From positions 192,001 to 256,000 of the forward strand of contig QCDI01000001.1 in the NCBI GenBank assembly GCA_003280965.1: DNA of 64,000 nucleotides. The letters run 5' to 3'. Numbering within the stretch: the first letter of the stretch is position 1; every line of letters starts with the position of its first letter. The translations under genes were made by a program, and so were the position numbers. The DNA is from Prochlorococcus sp. AG-355-B18 (GTDB lineage Bacteria > Cyanobacteriota > Cyanobacteriia > PCC-6307 > Cyanobiaceae). The notes beneath the pieces are model-generated. The model was not told where the DNA came from. It saw nothing but the letters and a program-made list of their open reading frames with translations, and did not search any database. Below, in pieces: positions 1-9,807 of this stretch.

Positions 1-715
1 CTCAAAATCAATTTTTATAAATGATATATTTTGTATGTTTGTTATTACTAATTTAATTTCGACAAATAATTTTTCTATTAAAAGAAACCTAGAAAATTTC
101 CAAAAAGAGTCAGTAAATACACTTAAACAGAGACAATTGAAATGGAATAAAAATTCCAAAATAATTATTTTATCTATTTTGTTAATAACTACTTCTTTAG
201 CTTTGATTCAAGTAACTTTGCCTTTAGATCTTGTTAAAGGTGGAGTAATCCGGAATGAATTAAGTAAAGAAATTACTAGTCTTATAATTTCTATTCAGTT
301 AATTTTGTTGTTGTTTTTACAATGGCCTGTAGGTTCTTGGATATCAAAGAAAGGTAGATTATTTGGATTGAAATTTAGTTTAATAAACTTCTCTTTAGCT
401 TCATTTTTATTATTTATATCTAGTTATTTAAATATTACAGCTTTTTATTTGATTTCTTTTTCATTGATATTAGTTAGTTTAGGTACTGCTTCATTTCTTC
501 CAACTTCAACAGATGTTGTTTTCAGAATAGCGCCTTCAAATAAAAAAGGTTTTGCACTTGCGTTATTGTCACAGTGTTTCGCTATGGGTTATTTTTTTGG
601 ACCATTTATTTCGGGACGTGTATTAGACCTATTTGGTTTCGCTTCAATAATATGGCTTTCTATCTCATGTTGCTGCTTTGTTGTATTTACAATTTTATTT
701 AGAAGATTATTTTAA
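1..715 (+). CDS. MFS transporter, C-terminal part (starts before window)
   Basis: Multiple TM helices; QWPVGSWISKKGR and APSNKKGFALA resemble MFS loop motifs; frame appears to run in from the window edge. Confidence 0.8.
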   Translation, partial: SKSIFINDIFCMFVITNLISTNNFSIKRNLENFQKESVNTLKQRQLKWNKNSKIIILSILLITTSLALIQVTLPLDLVKGGVIRNELSKEITSLIISIQLILLLFLQWPVGSWISKKGRLFGLKFSLINFSLASFLLFISSYLNITAFYLISFSLILVSLGTASFLPTSTDVVFRIAPSNKKGFALALLSQCFAMGYFFGPFISGRVLDLFGFASIIWLSISCCCFVVFTILFRRLF

Positions 716-1083
716 TTAATCTTTTCTAATTCAATAATTCTTCTCTCTCTTAGAAATAAGAAAAAAGGTGCAGAGAATGCAAATGCAATAAGAAAAGTGC
801 CAATGTAAACAACCCACATATTCTTTATATTCAATTTTTTTGCTTCATTTACTATCCATATAAAAATAGCGCTTGCACCTACTAACAAGTCTCTAGAAAT
901 TGACTGAGCTGCAGGGTTGGCATTTGCTAAGGAAATGAAGTTGTTGATATCAAAACTATTTCCATATTCTCTAGCAAATTCGAAATTTGCCATCATTGGA
1001 AGGACCGCACCTAAAATAGATAGGAAAAGGTAAAGATAAGATAGGATCTGTTTATTATCTTTTAAAATGTTAAATGAATTCAC
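712..1083 (-). CDS. DUF2834-like membrane protein
   Basis: ANPAAQSISRDL and AFAFSAPFFLFLRE motifs, 3 TM segments. Confidence 0.7.
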   Translation of the reverse strand: MNSFNILKDNKQILSYLYLFLSILGAVLPMMANFEFAREYGNSFDINNFISLANANPAAQSISRDLLVGASAIFIWIVNEAKKLNIKNMWVVYIGTFLIAFAFSAPFFLFLRERRIIELEKIN

Positions 1084-1124
1084 TTGTCAAAAATATTTCT
1101 TTTAATAATAGTATTTAAAAGCTT

Positions 1125-1994
1125 ATGGCTGTTGAAAAGAATAATTCACTTGAAGACTATAAATTTAAAAAAGGGAATTTAAATTTAGCTGTTGTTGGTC
1201 ACGTTGAGTGGATAAATTTCTTAAAGGTCGATCAATTACCAAAACCTGGAGTTATTTCTCATTCTGAAAAGTCGCTTGAATATCCAGCTGGTGGAGGATC
1301 TATCATAGCGAAAACACTTTCTGAACTAACTTTAAATCAAATTCATTTTTTTACAGCTTTAGGTAATGATGATTATGGAGATAGATGCTTCAAAATTCTT
1401 TCAAATATGGGAATAAAGTTACATGTTGCATGGCGTGACAAACCTACTAGAAGAGGATTTAGCATGATTGATTCTCAAGGCGAGAGAGCAATAACAGTTA
1501 TTGGGGAAAGGTTAGCTCCAAATTATAGAGATAACTTAGACTGGGATATTTTAAAAAAAATGGATGGAATATTTATCACTGCATCTGATTCGGAGATTTT
1601 TAAAATGGCTAGATCAGCTTCAATACTTTGTACAACTCCAAGAGTGGGAATAAATACTATTAATAAATCGAATGTTAGTCTGGATGGATTAATAGGTAGT
1701 AATCTTGATCCTGGCGAAAAGTTTTCTTTTTCTGAATTATTAGTAAAGCCCAAATACACTATTAAAACTGAGGGTGAGAAGGGGGGCATAATATTCCCAG
1801 GAGGAAGATATGAGGCTCTTAAAAATAAAGAAAGAAAGGTTGATTCTTATGGATGTGGTGACTCTTTCGCTGCCGGTATTCTTTATGGAATGGCATCTAA
1901 TTGGAATATAGATAAAAGCTTAAATCTTGCTAAAGTAATAGGAAGAGACTCTAGTGAATTTTTCGGCCCATATGCAAATAGTGATGAAAAATAA
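1125..1994 (+). CDS. PfkB/ribokinase-family carbohydrate kinase
   Basis: PAGGG N-terminal motif, LGNDDYG, and VDSYGCGDSFAAG PfkB signature. Confidence 0.9.
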   Translation: MAVEKNNSLEDYKFKKGNLNLAVVGHVEWINFLKVDQLPKPGVISHSEKSLEYPAGGGSIIAKTLSELTLNQIHFFTALGNDDYGDRCFKILSNMGIKLHVAWRDKPTRRGFSMIDSQGERAITVIGERLAPNYRDNLDWDILKKMDGIFITASDSEIFKMARSASILCTTPRVGINTINKSNVSLDGLIGSNLDPGEKFSFSELLVKPKYTIKTEGEKGGIIFPGGRYEALKNKERKVDSYGCGDSFAAGILYGMASNWNIDKSLNLAKVIGRDSSEFFGPYANSDEK

Positions 1995-2010
1995 TTGATT
2001 TAAAACTTTT

Positions 2011-2202
2011 ATGACCAACTTAAATAATAAAAATAAAAATATTCTTGTAGAAAACCTTATTGTTTTCTTTATATTTACTGTTGTTTTAGTTTTTAAATCT
2101 TTGAAAACTTTGTCTAGGATTTTTACTTATGGAATCTTAAAAAAAGAAATATTAACTACTAAAAGTAACTTAGGTGTAGATATAAAAATAAAAATTAAAT
2201 AG
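2011..2202 (+). CDS. small hypothetical membrane protein
   Basis: ATG ORF with one TM helix, co-directional with neighbours. Confidence 0.45.
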   Translation: MTNLNNKNKNILVENLIVFFIFTVVLVFKSLKTLSRIFTYGILKKEILTTKSNLGVDIKIKIK

Positions 2203-2205
2203 GTA

Positions 2206-2559
2206 ATGAATATATTTGTAGTTTTTCTAATTTTAGGAGTTATGTTTTTTGTCTATAAAAAAATTAAATCTAAAAAACCAAAGAACTTAAAGTTAGATAA
2301 ATTTAAAAATAAACTTCTGAGCACGCAAACAAATATTGAAAGAATTTTTTTAAGAGAGGAAGAAAAAACTTTTTCCAACCCAAATATAAATATCTATATT
2401 GGAATCTACGATAGTGAAGATAATATAAATAGAAAATCCAATATACACAGAGCAAGACTTTCAAAATTTAAGAAATCCAAATTAAATGGTGAAATGATAT
2501 TTCAAGACGATGAACAAAGGATTTATAAATTTAATAATGGCAAGAAAGTTTATTTATGA
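2206..2559 (+). CDS. hypothetical protein with N-terminal TM anchor
   Basis: ORF track; hydrophobic N-terminus. Confidence 0.6.
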   Translation: MNIFVVFLILGVMFFVYKKIKSKKPKNLKLDKFKNKLLSTQTNIERIFLREEEKTFSNPNINIYIGIYDSEDNINRKSNIHRARLSKFKKSKLNGEMIFQDDEQRIYKFNNGKKVYL

Positions 2560-2569
2560 ATTTGACTTT

Positions 2570-3103
2570 CTAACTACACTCAAGACTTTCTCTTGTTGAA
2601 ACTCCTGTTGTTGGATTAATACCATCAGCAATTTCACAAAGATTTCTTTGGTCTTCACTGTCAAGAATGGCATAAGAGAAATCTGCTCCTTCTATTTGAG
2701 CTCCTGCAAAACTGCTGCCTGATGCGATCATATTTATTAAAACAGCATTTCTAAGATCTGTTTTTTGGAAATTAACTCTATCAGAAAGAGTATCGGTCAG
2801 GTCGATTCCATTTAAATTAGAACCTTTTAAATCAGATAGGGTTAATGTAGTTCCATGTAAATCAACATCACTAAAATCTGCGTCTCTCGCGACTGCACCA
2901 GCTATAGAAGACAAATGAAGATCCTCTCCATGGAAATCAAATCCTGTAATATTAGATCTTACATAACTTGGCACTTCATCTCCCTCTCCCTTAACAGCAA
3001 CATTCGCACCAGCAAAAACTGGAGAGGATAAAACTAAGAAAGAAAAAGTTATGCATAAAAAATATCTTAAAAACCTAAAAAATTTCATACCAAAAAAGCT
3101 CAA
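2570..3103 (-). CDS. secreted/lumenal pentapeptide-repeat protein
   Basis: Signal peptide, A(D/N)Lxx-type repeats, C-terminal [16 protein letters not shown]. Confidence 0.9.
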   Translation of the reverse strand: MSFFGMKFFRFLRYFLCITFSFLVLSSPVFAGANVAVKGEGDEVPSYVRSNITGFDFHGEDLHLSSIAGAVARDADFSDVDLHGTTLTLSDLKGSNLNGIDLTDTLSDRVNFQKTDLRNAVLINMIASGSSFAGAQIEGADFSYAILDSEDQRNLCEIADGINPTTGVSTRESLECS

Positions 3104-3172
3104 TATTTTTATTTTATAACAATTAGATAATTTTTTTAAATTGATATATAAATTTAGAACTCCTTTTTAAGA

Positions 3173-3694
3173 TTATTTAACACTATAAATTTTAAATCTA
3201 GGCTCTAAATTAGTTATACAATCTAGGAGTTTTTTGTTATCTTTGCTATTCGTAACCTTGAATTCAGATTCTACTGTGCCGCTTTTATCTCTTATTGCTT
3301 GATTTAAAACTATAGAACCGTTTTCGTCAGAGACTGATCTATGAAATGTTCCTCTAGGTATTCTTAAAATATATCCGCAAGACTCTAATCTAACTTTATA
3401 AAAAGGATAATCCCACCCAAAATTAACAAGAAAAAATGTTCTTCCCCCTGAGATAGCTAATAAATTATCTTCTTGTTTATGGTGTATGTAAAATTGCCAA
3501 TTATTAAATTCGTCTTCATTTGGCGGACTAACTGCGGGCCCGCTGTGTATAACAAGATCTCTGTAATTTGATTCATTAACACTAATATCAAAAAATCTAA
3601 CATCTTTTGTATCGCGAAATTTTTCATAACTTATCAATTCAAACATTTTTGATTTGTTCGGTTTGATAACTGGAATTTCTAAACTTGAGTTCAA
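3173..3694 (-). CDS. cupin-fold conserved cyanobacterial protein
   Basis: FYIHHKQED and IPRGTFHRS cupin-like His motifs. Confidence 0.65.
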   Translation of the reverse strand: MNSSLEIPVIKPNKSKMFELISYEKFRDTKDVRFFDISVNESNYRDLVIHSGPAVSPPNEDEFNNWQFYIHHKQEDNLLAISGGRTFFLVNFGWDYPFYKVRLESCGYILRIPRGTFHRSVSDENGSIVLNQAIRDKSGTVESEFKVTNSKDNKKLLDCITNLEPRFKIYSVK

Positions 3695-3820
3695 TTTTCT
3701 TTAAAGATTAAACAAATGAAAACAGATATATATATTCAATAACGTATCAATTAACACTAAAAAAGAAACATATTTTTAATTATCTATTTCCTTAAGTTTA
3801 AAAGGTCAAAAATTTAGTGT

Positions 3821-4678
3821 TTATTTAATTTCAATAGGTTTAATTTCCCAAGATAAAGTATTTTCTAAATTATTTTTTCCTATAAAGTTTCCCGTAATTA
3901 CAGAAGTTAAATTAGATTTGGAAGAGGATACCAGTGTTAAATATCTTTCGTCTATTAATCCTTTTCCACTTGGATCGAAACCTCTCCAACCGGCGCCTGG
4001 AATATATAACTCAGCCCACGCGTGTAAATCTAATTCAGACGGTAAAGGATCTTCAAAATGATAACCACTTACGAATCTACTCGGAATACCAATAGACCTA
4101 CAAGCTTCAACCATAAGCATTGCTAAATCTCTGCATGAACCTATACGTTCTCTAAGTGTTCTGCTTGCCGGCCATGCTGGACCTGTGTGTCTTTTAGTAT
4201 ATTTAACCCGATCTTGAATGATTTCTATTAACTGGTAGGTGAATGATAATGCGTTATTAATACTACCCGCCAAAGCTTCTTGAGCAAGTTCAACGGCAGA
4301 GGGATCGTGCTGTCCATTTGGCATCCACCCTTCTAGTGCTCCCTGTAAATCTCTGTTAATAATACTTCTACAAAAAGGTAATGTTAAATCTCTATTTTTA
4401 ACCCCATCGATAATGTTTGGATGTTCAATAGTCTCAACTTCGCTAATTGATTCAATAATTAAATTATCTGTTATTCCATTAAATCTGATTCTATTAATCT
4501 CTTCGCCACTTGCAGCCAGTAAGGGATAAATAATTTCTGGTTCTGGGGTTATTTTTAGTTCAAAATTCTTCAGCTTTTGGAATCCATTTGACCTTGGTTT
4601 TATACATAATCTATGTTCGCCTAATTGAACAGGGTCTTCATATCTATATTCTAGTTTATGTGTGTATTTAATTCTCAT
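3821..4678 (-). CDS. transglutaminase-family protein
   Basis: GSCRDLA (Cys), RFVSGY, LHAWAE (His), GFDPS (Asp) catalytic triad motifs. Confidence 0.92.
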   Translation of the reverse strand: MRIKYTHKLEYRYEDPVQLGEHRLCIKPRSNGFQKLKNFELKITPEPEIIYPLLAASGEEINRIRFNGITDNLIIESISEVETIEHPNIIDGVKNRDLTLPFCRSIINRDLQGALEGWMPNGQHDPSAVELAQEALAGSINNALSFTYQLIEIIQDRVKYTKRHTGPAWPASRTLRERIGSCRDLAMLMVEACRSIGIPSRFVSGYHFEDPLPSELDLHAWAELYIPGAGWRGFDPSGKGLIDERYLTLVSSSKSNLTSVITGNFIGKNNLENTLSWEIKPIEIK

Positions 4679-4689
4679 TAATAAATTTC

Positions 4690-5631
4690 TTAATTAATAA
4701 AATATTTTTCTTGAATGAGATCATTTAATTTATTTAAATCAATTTGCAATGAATCGATTGCCTCATGTAATCCATCATTTATTATATCTTCAATCCTGAT
4801 ATAACTCCACTTTGCTTTTAGTAAACCTCTCATGCATTCTAATTCTGAAGGATTTTCAGGAGGTGGCGAGGTATCTATCATCTTAAGAGTATTGCTAATC
4901 CCATCAAGACAGTATCTTACAGATCTTGGGAAAATTGGATCAAGTAAAAGGAATCTTGCAACTGAATTAGGCCTTATAGAATTTTGCTCTGCTTTCCTAA
5001 ACATTTGATAAGCTCCAGCTGAGCGTAAAAGAGCAATCCATTGCAACTCATCTAGGACACCTCCAAGTTCATCCAAGCTGGGCAGAAGTAAGTAATATTT
5101 AACATCTAAAATTCTGGATGTTTTGTCAGCTCTTTCAATCAATCTTCCAAGTATGCTAAATCTCCAAGCAAGGTCTTTACTTAGAGTCGCATCTGTAATT
5201 CCATAAAAAAGCTGACATTCCCTTCTTATTTCACTTAATTGTTCTTGTCTTGGTTTATTCCAAATTGCCTCTCCTTCTTGCATATTCCAATACAAGATAT
5301 TAATCTGTTCCCACATTTCTGTGGTCATGACATCTCTGATTTGTCGAGCATTTTCTCTCGCCATTTGAATGCAAGAAATTATGCTGTTTGGATTTAAACG
5401 ATCTCTTATTAAAAAATTAATAACGTCATCAGGTTTTTTCTCTGGAAATCTTTTATCAAAAGATTCTCTATCACTTGAAGCGTCAATTAATGGGAGCCAA
5501 GGTTCTGCGCTTCCCGGTGGACAATCTAATGACATTGCTTCACTGACTTCCACGAAACGAGATATATTTTCTGCACGTTCTAAATAACGATTGATCCAAT
5601 AAAGAGATTCTGCTACACGACTTAAAAGCAT
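4690..5631 (-). CDS. alpha-E domain protein (DUF403)
   Basis: MLLSRVAESLYWINRYLERAEN and repeated ERAD motif. Confidence 0.92.
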   Translation of the reverse strand: MLLSRVAESLYWINRYLERAENISRFVEVSEAMSLDCPPGSAEPWLPLIDASSDRESFDKRFPEKKPDDVINFLIRDRLNPNSIISCIQMARENARQIRDVMTTEMWEQINILYWNMQEGEAIWNKPRQEQLSEIRRECQLFYGITDATLSKDLAWRFSILGRLIERADKTSRILDVKYYLLLPSLDELGGVLDELQWIALLRSAGAYQMFRKAEQNSIRPNSVARFLLLDPIFPRSVRYCLDGISNTLKMIDTSPPPENPSELECMRGLLKAKWSYIRIEDIINDGLHEAIDSLQIDLNKLNDLIQEKYFIN

Positions 5632-5632
5632 A

Positions 5633-7075
5633 TTATTGACCTACTACCCAAGTATCTTTGCATCCTCCTCCTTGAGAAGAGTTTACGACTAAGGATCCTT
5701 TTTTTAAGGCTACCCTTGTGAGACCGCCTGGGCTCACCCATGAATCTTTTCCTCTTAATATGTATGGTCTTAAATCGACATGGCATGGATATAGCTCACC
5801 ATCGCATAAGGATGGCACAGTAGATAATTCTAATGTTGGTTGGGCAATAAAATTTCTTGGATTTTTTTTAATTTTATTAGCAAATTCTTGAATTTCAGTA
5901 GTTGTTGAGTGAGGCCCAATTAACATTCCATAACCCCCTGCTTCAGCTACAGACTTAACAACAAGTTTTGATAAATTTTCTAGAACATATTCTCGATCTT
6001 TTTGGTAATGACAAATATATGTTTCTACATTTTTAATAATCATTTCTTCATCAAGATAATATTTAATCATTTTTGGAACAAAAGAATAAATCATTTTGTC
6101 ATCTGCTATTCCTGTCCCAGGGGCATTTGCTAAAGCAACATGACCTGCCTTGAAAACATCAAGTAATCCTCTAACACCAAGGCATGAATCTTTTCTGAAA
6201 TTAAGAGGATCTAAGAAATCATCGTCAATTCGCCTATAAATTACATCTACTCTTTTTAATCCGGAGGTAGTTTTTAAATATACATAATCATCATTACAAA
6301 CTAAGTCATGACCTTGTACTAGTTGGATGCCCATTTCTTGAGCTAAATAACTATGTTCAAAATACGCACTATTAAAAATTCCTGGAGTTAATAGAACTAT
6401 TTTGGGGGTGTCCGTCCAAACAGCAAGTTCTTGAAGAGTTTTTAAAAGATATGATGGATATTCATCAATTGGTTTCACTATTCTTCCAGAGAAAAGATTA
6501 GGAAATATATTTTTCATAACTAATCTATTTTCTAGAAAGTAGGCGACTCCAGAAGGACACCTTAAATTATCTTCTAATACATGCCAATCACCCTTTCTAT
6601 CTCTTATTAGATCAAGTCCTGAAATTTGACACCATTTATTTAATGGAGGTTTGAAGCCTATCATTTGAGGTCTCCAACCCTCTGAACTCTCTATTAACTC
6701 TCTTGGAATTATTCCGTCATTAATTATATTTTGAGAGTTATATATATCATCTAAAAATAAATCAATTGCTTCAAGCCTTTGTTTTAGGCCTTTTTCTAAT
6801 ATTACCCAATCATCTTTACTAATTATTCTAGGAAGTGGATCAAAAGGTAATATTCTTTCAGTACCTTTTAAACCAGTATCGTTTAGTCTAAAAGTTGCAC
6901 CATGTCTTAGTAATAATTTTTTTGCTGCAGAATGATTCCTGTTTAATTCTTCAAGACCCATATTATCTAAAGAGGCCAGAAGTGGTTCTAATATTTCTCT
7001 AGAAGAATTGACATTATCTTTGAAATATTCATCAAAACTATTTTTAGGACGATAACTTGAAAACATATATTTCAT
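5633..7075 (-). CDS. circularly permuted type 2 ATP-grasp protein (DUF404/407)
   Basis: LPFDPLPR, VLEDNLRCPSGV, VDLRPY, PGGLTRVAL...VVNSSQGGGCKDTWV. Confidence 0.92.
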   Translation of the reverse strand: MKYMFSSYRPKNSFDEYFKDNVNSSREILEPLLASLDNMGLEELNRNHSAAKKLLLRHGATFRLNDTGLKGTERILPFDPLPRIISKDDWVILEKGLKQRLEAIDLFLDDIYNSQNIINDGIIPRELIESSEGWRPQMIGFKPPLNKWCQISGLDLIRDRKGDWHVLEDNLRCPSGVAYFLENRLVMKNIFPNLFSGRIVKPIDEYPSYLLKTLQELAVWTDTPKIVLLTPGIFNSAYFEHSYLAQEMGIQLVQGHDLVCNDDYVYLKTTSGLKRVDVIYRRIDDDFLDPLNFRKDSCLGVRGLLDVFKAGHVALANAPGTGIADDKMIYSFVPKMIKYYLDEEMIIKNVETYICHYQKDREYVLENLSKLVVKSVAEAGGYGMLIGPHSTTTEIQEFANKIKKNPRNFIAQPTLELSTVPSLCDGELYPCHVDLRPYILRGKDSWVSPGGLTRVALKKGSLVVNSSQGGGCKDTWVVGQ

Positions 7076-7113
7076 CGTTTAATAATTTTTACTTGAGCTT
7101 CAAATCTTTATTC

Positions 7114-7127
7114 GTATTTATGGCTAC
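7114..7127 (-). promoter_or_regulatory. candidate NtcA binding site
   Basis: GTAtttatggcTAC = GTA-N8-TAC; on the minus strand a TAAAAAT -10-like element follows 22 nt later, just upstream of the operon start at 7075. Confidence 0.6.
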
Positions 7128-7203
7128 CAAAAATAATATCTCTCTACTAGATCTATTTCATTATTTCGATCATTGAAGTATATTTCTTAAAAATCTAAAA
7201 GGT

Positions 7204-7440
7204 ATGAATTCTAGTAATTGGCAATTTGTTTTTTTTAGATATTTCGCAAGCTTTCTTTTTATCCTCTCTCACAGTTTGCTGGTTCTTGATCATCTACCGG
7301 TAGGCGCGGCACTTCACGGACTTGGGGAAGTTTTTATTGCGCCTTGGGCTTTTAGGGAAAGAGCATGGGATCTTGTTGTTATTGCAGTTTTATTTTTCTT
7401 CTTCGATATCTGGGGACTTATAAACACTCCTTGGAATTAA
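7204..7440 (+). CDS. small hypothetical membrane protein
   Basis: ORF track; hydrophobic, Trp-rich. Confidence 0.65.
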   Translation: MNSSNWQFVFFRYFASFLFILSHSLLVLDHLPVGAALHGLGEVFIAPWAFRERAWDLVVIAVLFFFFDIWGLINTPWN

Positions 7441-7483
7441 CTGATATTATTTATCTACTTATTCTGGGGAGTTTATATTAGAA

Positions 7484-7705
7484 ATGATGTCTTTTTTTTA
7501 TCAAATTTATAAAATAATTTTTCTTTTACTACTGACGCATATTTCCAATTTATATGCACATAATTTAATTAACGGTGGTTGCAATGAACATTGCGGGCAA
7601 AAAGTTAAAGTAATAAATAATAAAAACAAATTAAAAAATATTGATGATCAAATAAATATTGAGAGTAAAAATTCCTGTTTAAATAAATCACTTTGCAGGG
7701 GTTGA
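7484..7705 (+). CDS. small secreted Cys-containing protein
   Basis: Signal-like N-terminus, GGCNEHC and C-terminal CLNKSLC. Confidence 0.5.
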   Translation: MMSFFYQIYKIIFLLLLTHISNLYAHNLINGGCNEHCGQKVKVINNKNKLKNIDDQINIESKNSCLNKSLCRG

Positions 7706-8005
7706 ACTGTCATGACTTTTTAAATTGTTCTGTGAAATTGTTTCTTTAAAAATTATCATAAAAATACTATTTGCTTGATAATTTTTATTAGGAGCGTTTA
7801 TTTGATTTTTAATTAAAAAAATAAAAGTATATATTAATGGTAGAAGTAATGATGATGCAGCAATTAAAGCAATTATCTGATTCAACCTAATAAATGGTTT
7901 TTTTACAAGATCCTCTCCGCAGAAGCCACAAATCAAAATTCCTTTTGAGGATTTTTTTTGAAATTGATATTTAGGATTGCAATATGGGCAATAATATCGA
8001 ACCAT
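7688..8005 (-). CDS. zinc-ribbon membrane protein
   Basis: CPYC...CGFC followed by a TM helix. Confidence 0.65.
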   Translation of the reverse strand: MVRYYCPYCNPKYQFQKKSSKGILICGFCGEDLVKKPFIRLNQIIALIAASSLLLPLIYTFIFLIKNQINAPNKNYQANSIFMIIFKETISQNNLKSHDSSTPAK

Positions 8006-8062
8006 TGTTTAGTTTTATCGTTTTAATCATTATCTATAAAAATTGAAGAAAGTCATCTTATT

Positions 8063-8092
8063 AAAAAAGAGGGCTTATTTAAGCCCTCTTTT
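8063..8092. terminator. intrinsic terminator, likely bidirectional
   Basis: aaaaaagagggctta-t-taagccctctttt inverted repeat with A/T tracts on both sides. Confidence 0.8.
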
Positions 8093-8559
8093 ATCTCTTA
8101 CTTATATTTTTTACTGAAGTTAATAACGCAGCTAAATCATGGATCCTTGTTGCTAACTTCTATTAAGCTAATGCTCACCACAATTAACTAATTGTCTTTA
8201 ACTGGGGCAAAAACTCTAGAATTAAGCTTGTTTCTTAAAGGGCACCTAAACGATGCAGAAGAAGGAAGCTTAGACATTAATAAAAAATAATTGGAGCAGT
8301 TAATTAAATTAGTTCGGTTTATTCCGAAATTTCAGGCAGGCTATCGATCATTTTGAAAGACCTCCAAGAACTCAACAATATAAAATTAGGAAAATATTTC
8401 TCTAAAGACAATCCGTTTTTATACGCATTGCTTTTTATTTAAAAATGTCCGAGAGTAGTAATCAATTGCTGTTTTTTTGAGATATTTTTAGTAAGTTTTG
8501 CTTATTTCTTTTGGTATTCAATTCTACTATCTTAATTTTAATAATTGAGGAAATCTTTC

Positions 8560-8715
8560 ATGAATCATTCGAAAGAAGTAGGTAAAACTGATAAATCTAA
8601 TCCTATAGACGAATATTTTCAATGTCTTTCATATTGCGATATTCACCCAAAAGGGATAGATAATGACTGTGAGGTCATCTGTATGGAAAGACATTTAAAA
8701 GCTAACTATTGGTAA
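8560..8715 (+). CDS. 51-aa Cys-rich small protein (not in ORF track)
   Basis: Manual translation MNHSKEV...DEYFQCLSYC...DCEVICMERHLKANYW; GAGG RBS at 8547-8550. Confidence 0.65.
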   Translation: MNHSKEVGKTDKSNPIDEYFQCLSYCDIHPKGIDNDCEVICMERHLKANYW

Positions 8716-8733
8716 TTTATAAGTTTGTACTTT

Positions 8734-9807
8734 TTATTTAAATCCCTTTGAAAAAAGGTTAGTACGAACTTTAAATTTCCATACATTTACCACACCTTTC
8801 GCATTAACTGCTGCAAGTGCGCAATCATCTGGTCTCCAGGATATTGCCCCTACTAAATCTCCGGCGAATGCAGCTCCAACTGGGTCTCCATTACCGTCTT
8901 TTTTAAGAAAACTTGCGACAACAGAACCATCTCTAGATCCTGAGGCTACAAGCATACCTTTATTTGAAAAGGCAAGGCTTGAAATAGGTTCTGTATGGTG
9001 ACAAAGCTCTCCTGGCATAGTCCCTTCTGGACCATTTCCTATAAAACTCCATACCGTAATTCTTTCACTGCCACTAGTTGCTAGTAATTTTCCGCTGTCA
9101 TCAAAAGAAAGGTGACTTGGTTTTCCAGGATATCCTGTCATTTCTGCATCCATTCCTGTTGATCTTCTCCAAAAATGAACTGAATTATCTTGACTACCGC
9201 AGGCCACTATATCTCCATCAGGGCTTAATTCCATCGAGACTAAAGATCCTTGCCACTCGAGTTTTTGATTCGTTTTATTATTAACTATGTCAAAGAATGT
9301 CACTCTTCCATAGCAAGCAGTTGCTAGCTCATTTTTATTTGACCATGTTATTGCACTTACCGTGCTTGGATGGTCTTCAGAAATCCATTTCTCTTCACCA
9401 ATTTCATTAAAAACATATACTTTTTTTGAGGAAGCTATCGCTAGAAATAAACCGTCATTAGACCACTTGAGGTGTTCTACCCAACCCCTGCCGAGATCAA
9501 GTGTTTTAATTAATTTACCTTCGTGGCAATTACAAATCTGAACATTTCCATCCTGACCAGATGTTGCAAAAATTTCACCCTCTGGATGAATAGCCATTGC
9601 TAATAGACCACCAGAGTGTGTGTTTTCTTTTTTCCAAATAATTTTTCCAGTATCTCCTTCGAATGCAAAAAGACCTCCTGCCACATCACCAACAATAAAT
9701 TGTCTCCCTTTAAGAGCCCAGCCGCATGCAATGGCGTAATCGTTGACTTCAGCTGTCCATCCTTCATGGAACATGCCTCTTGGGCTAAATGGTTCTATAT
9801 CAGGCAT
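8734..9807 (-). CDS. WD40 beta-propeller protein
   Basis: Repeated LATSGQDG/ACGSQDNSVHFW/ASGSRDG WD motifs; overlaps the end of the COG0523 gene. Confidence 0.9.
   Translation of the reverse strand: MPDIEPFSPRGMFHEGWTAEVNDYAIACGWALKGRQFIVGDVAGGLFAFEGDTGKIIWKKENTHSGGLLAMAIHPEGEIFATSGQDGNVQICNCHEGKLIKTLDLGRGWVEHLKWSNDGLFLAIASSKKVYVFNEIGEEKWISEDHPSTVSAITWSNKNELATACYGRVTFFDIVNNKTNQKLEWQGSLVSMELSPDGDIVACGSQDNSVHFWRRSTGMDAEMTGYPGKPSHLSFDDSGKLLATSGSERITVWSFIGNGPEGTMPGELCHHTEPISSLAFSNKGMLVASGSRDGSVVASFLKKDGNGDPVGAAFAGDLVGAISWRPDDCALAAVNAKGVVNVWKFKVRTNLFSKGFK

Noticed and set aside
1523..1789. Antisense or overlapping ORFs from the track (also 5369, 9078, 9616, 9967, 11586, 13611, 17293, 27854, 32612, 58404, 60963 etc.)
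   Set aside because: Shadow frames of well-supported genes, with no motifs of their own.
3744..3757. NtcA-like GTA-N8-CAC site
   Set aside because: Imperfect and lacks a correctly spaced -10 element.
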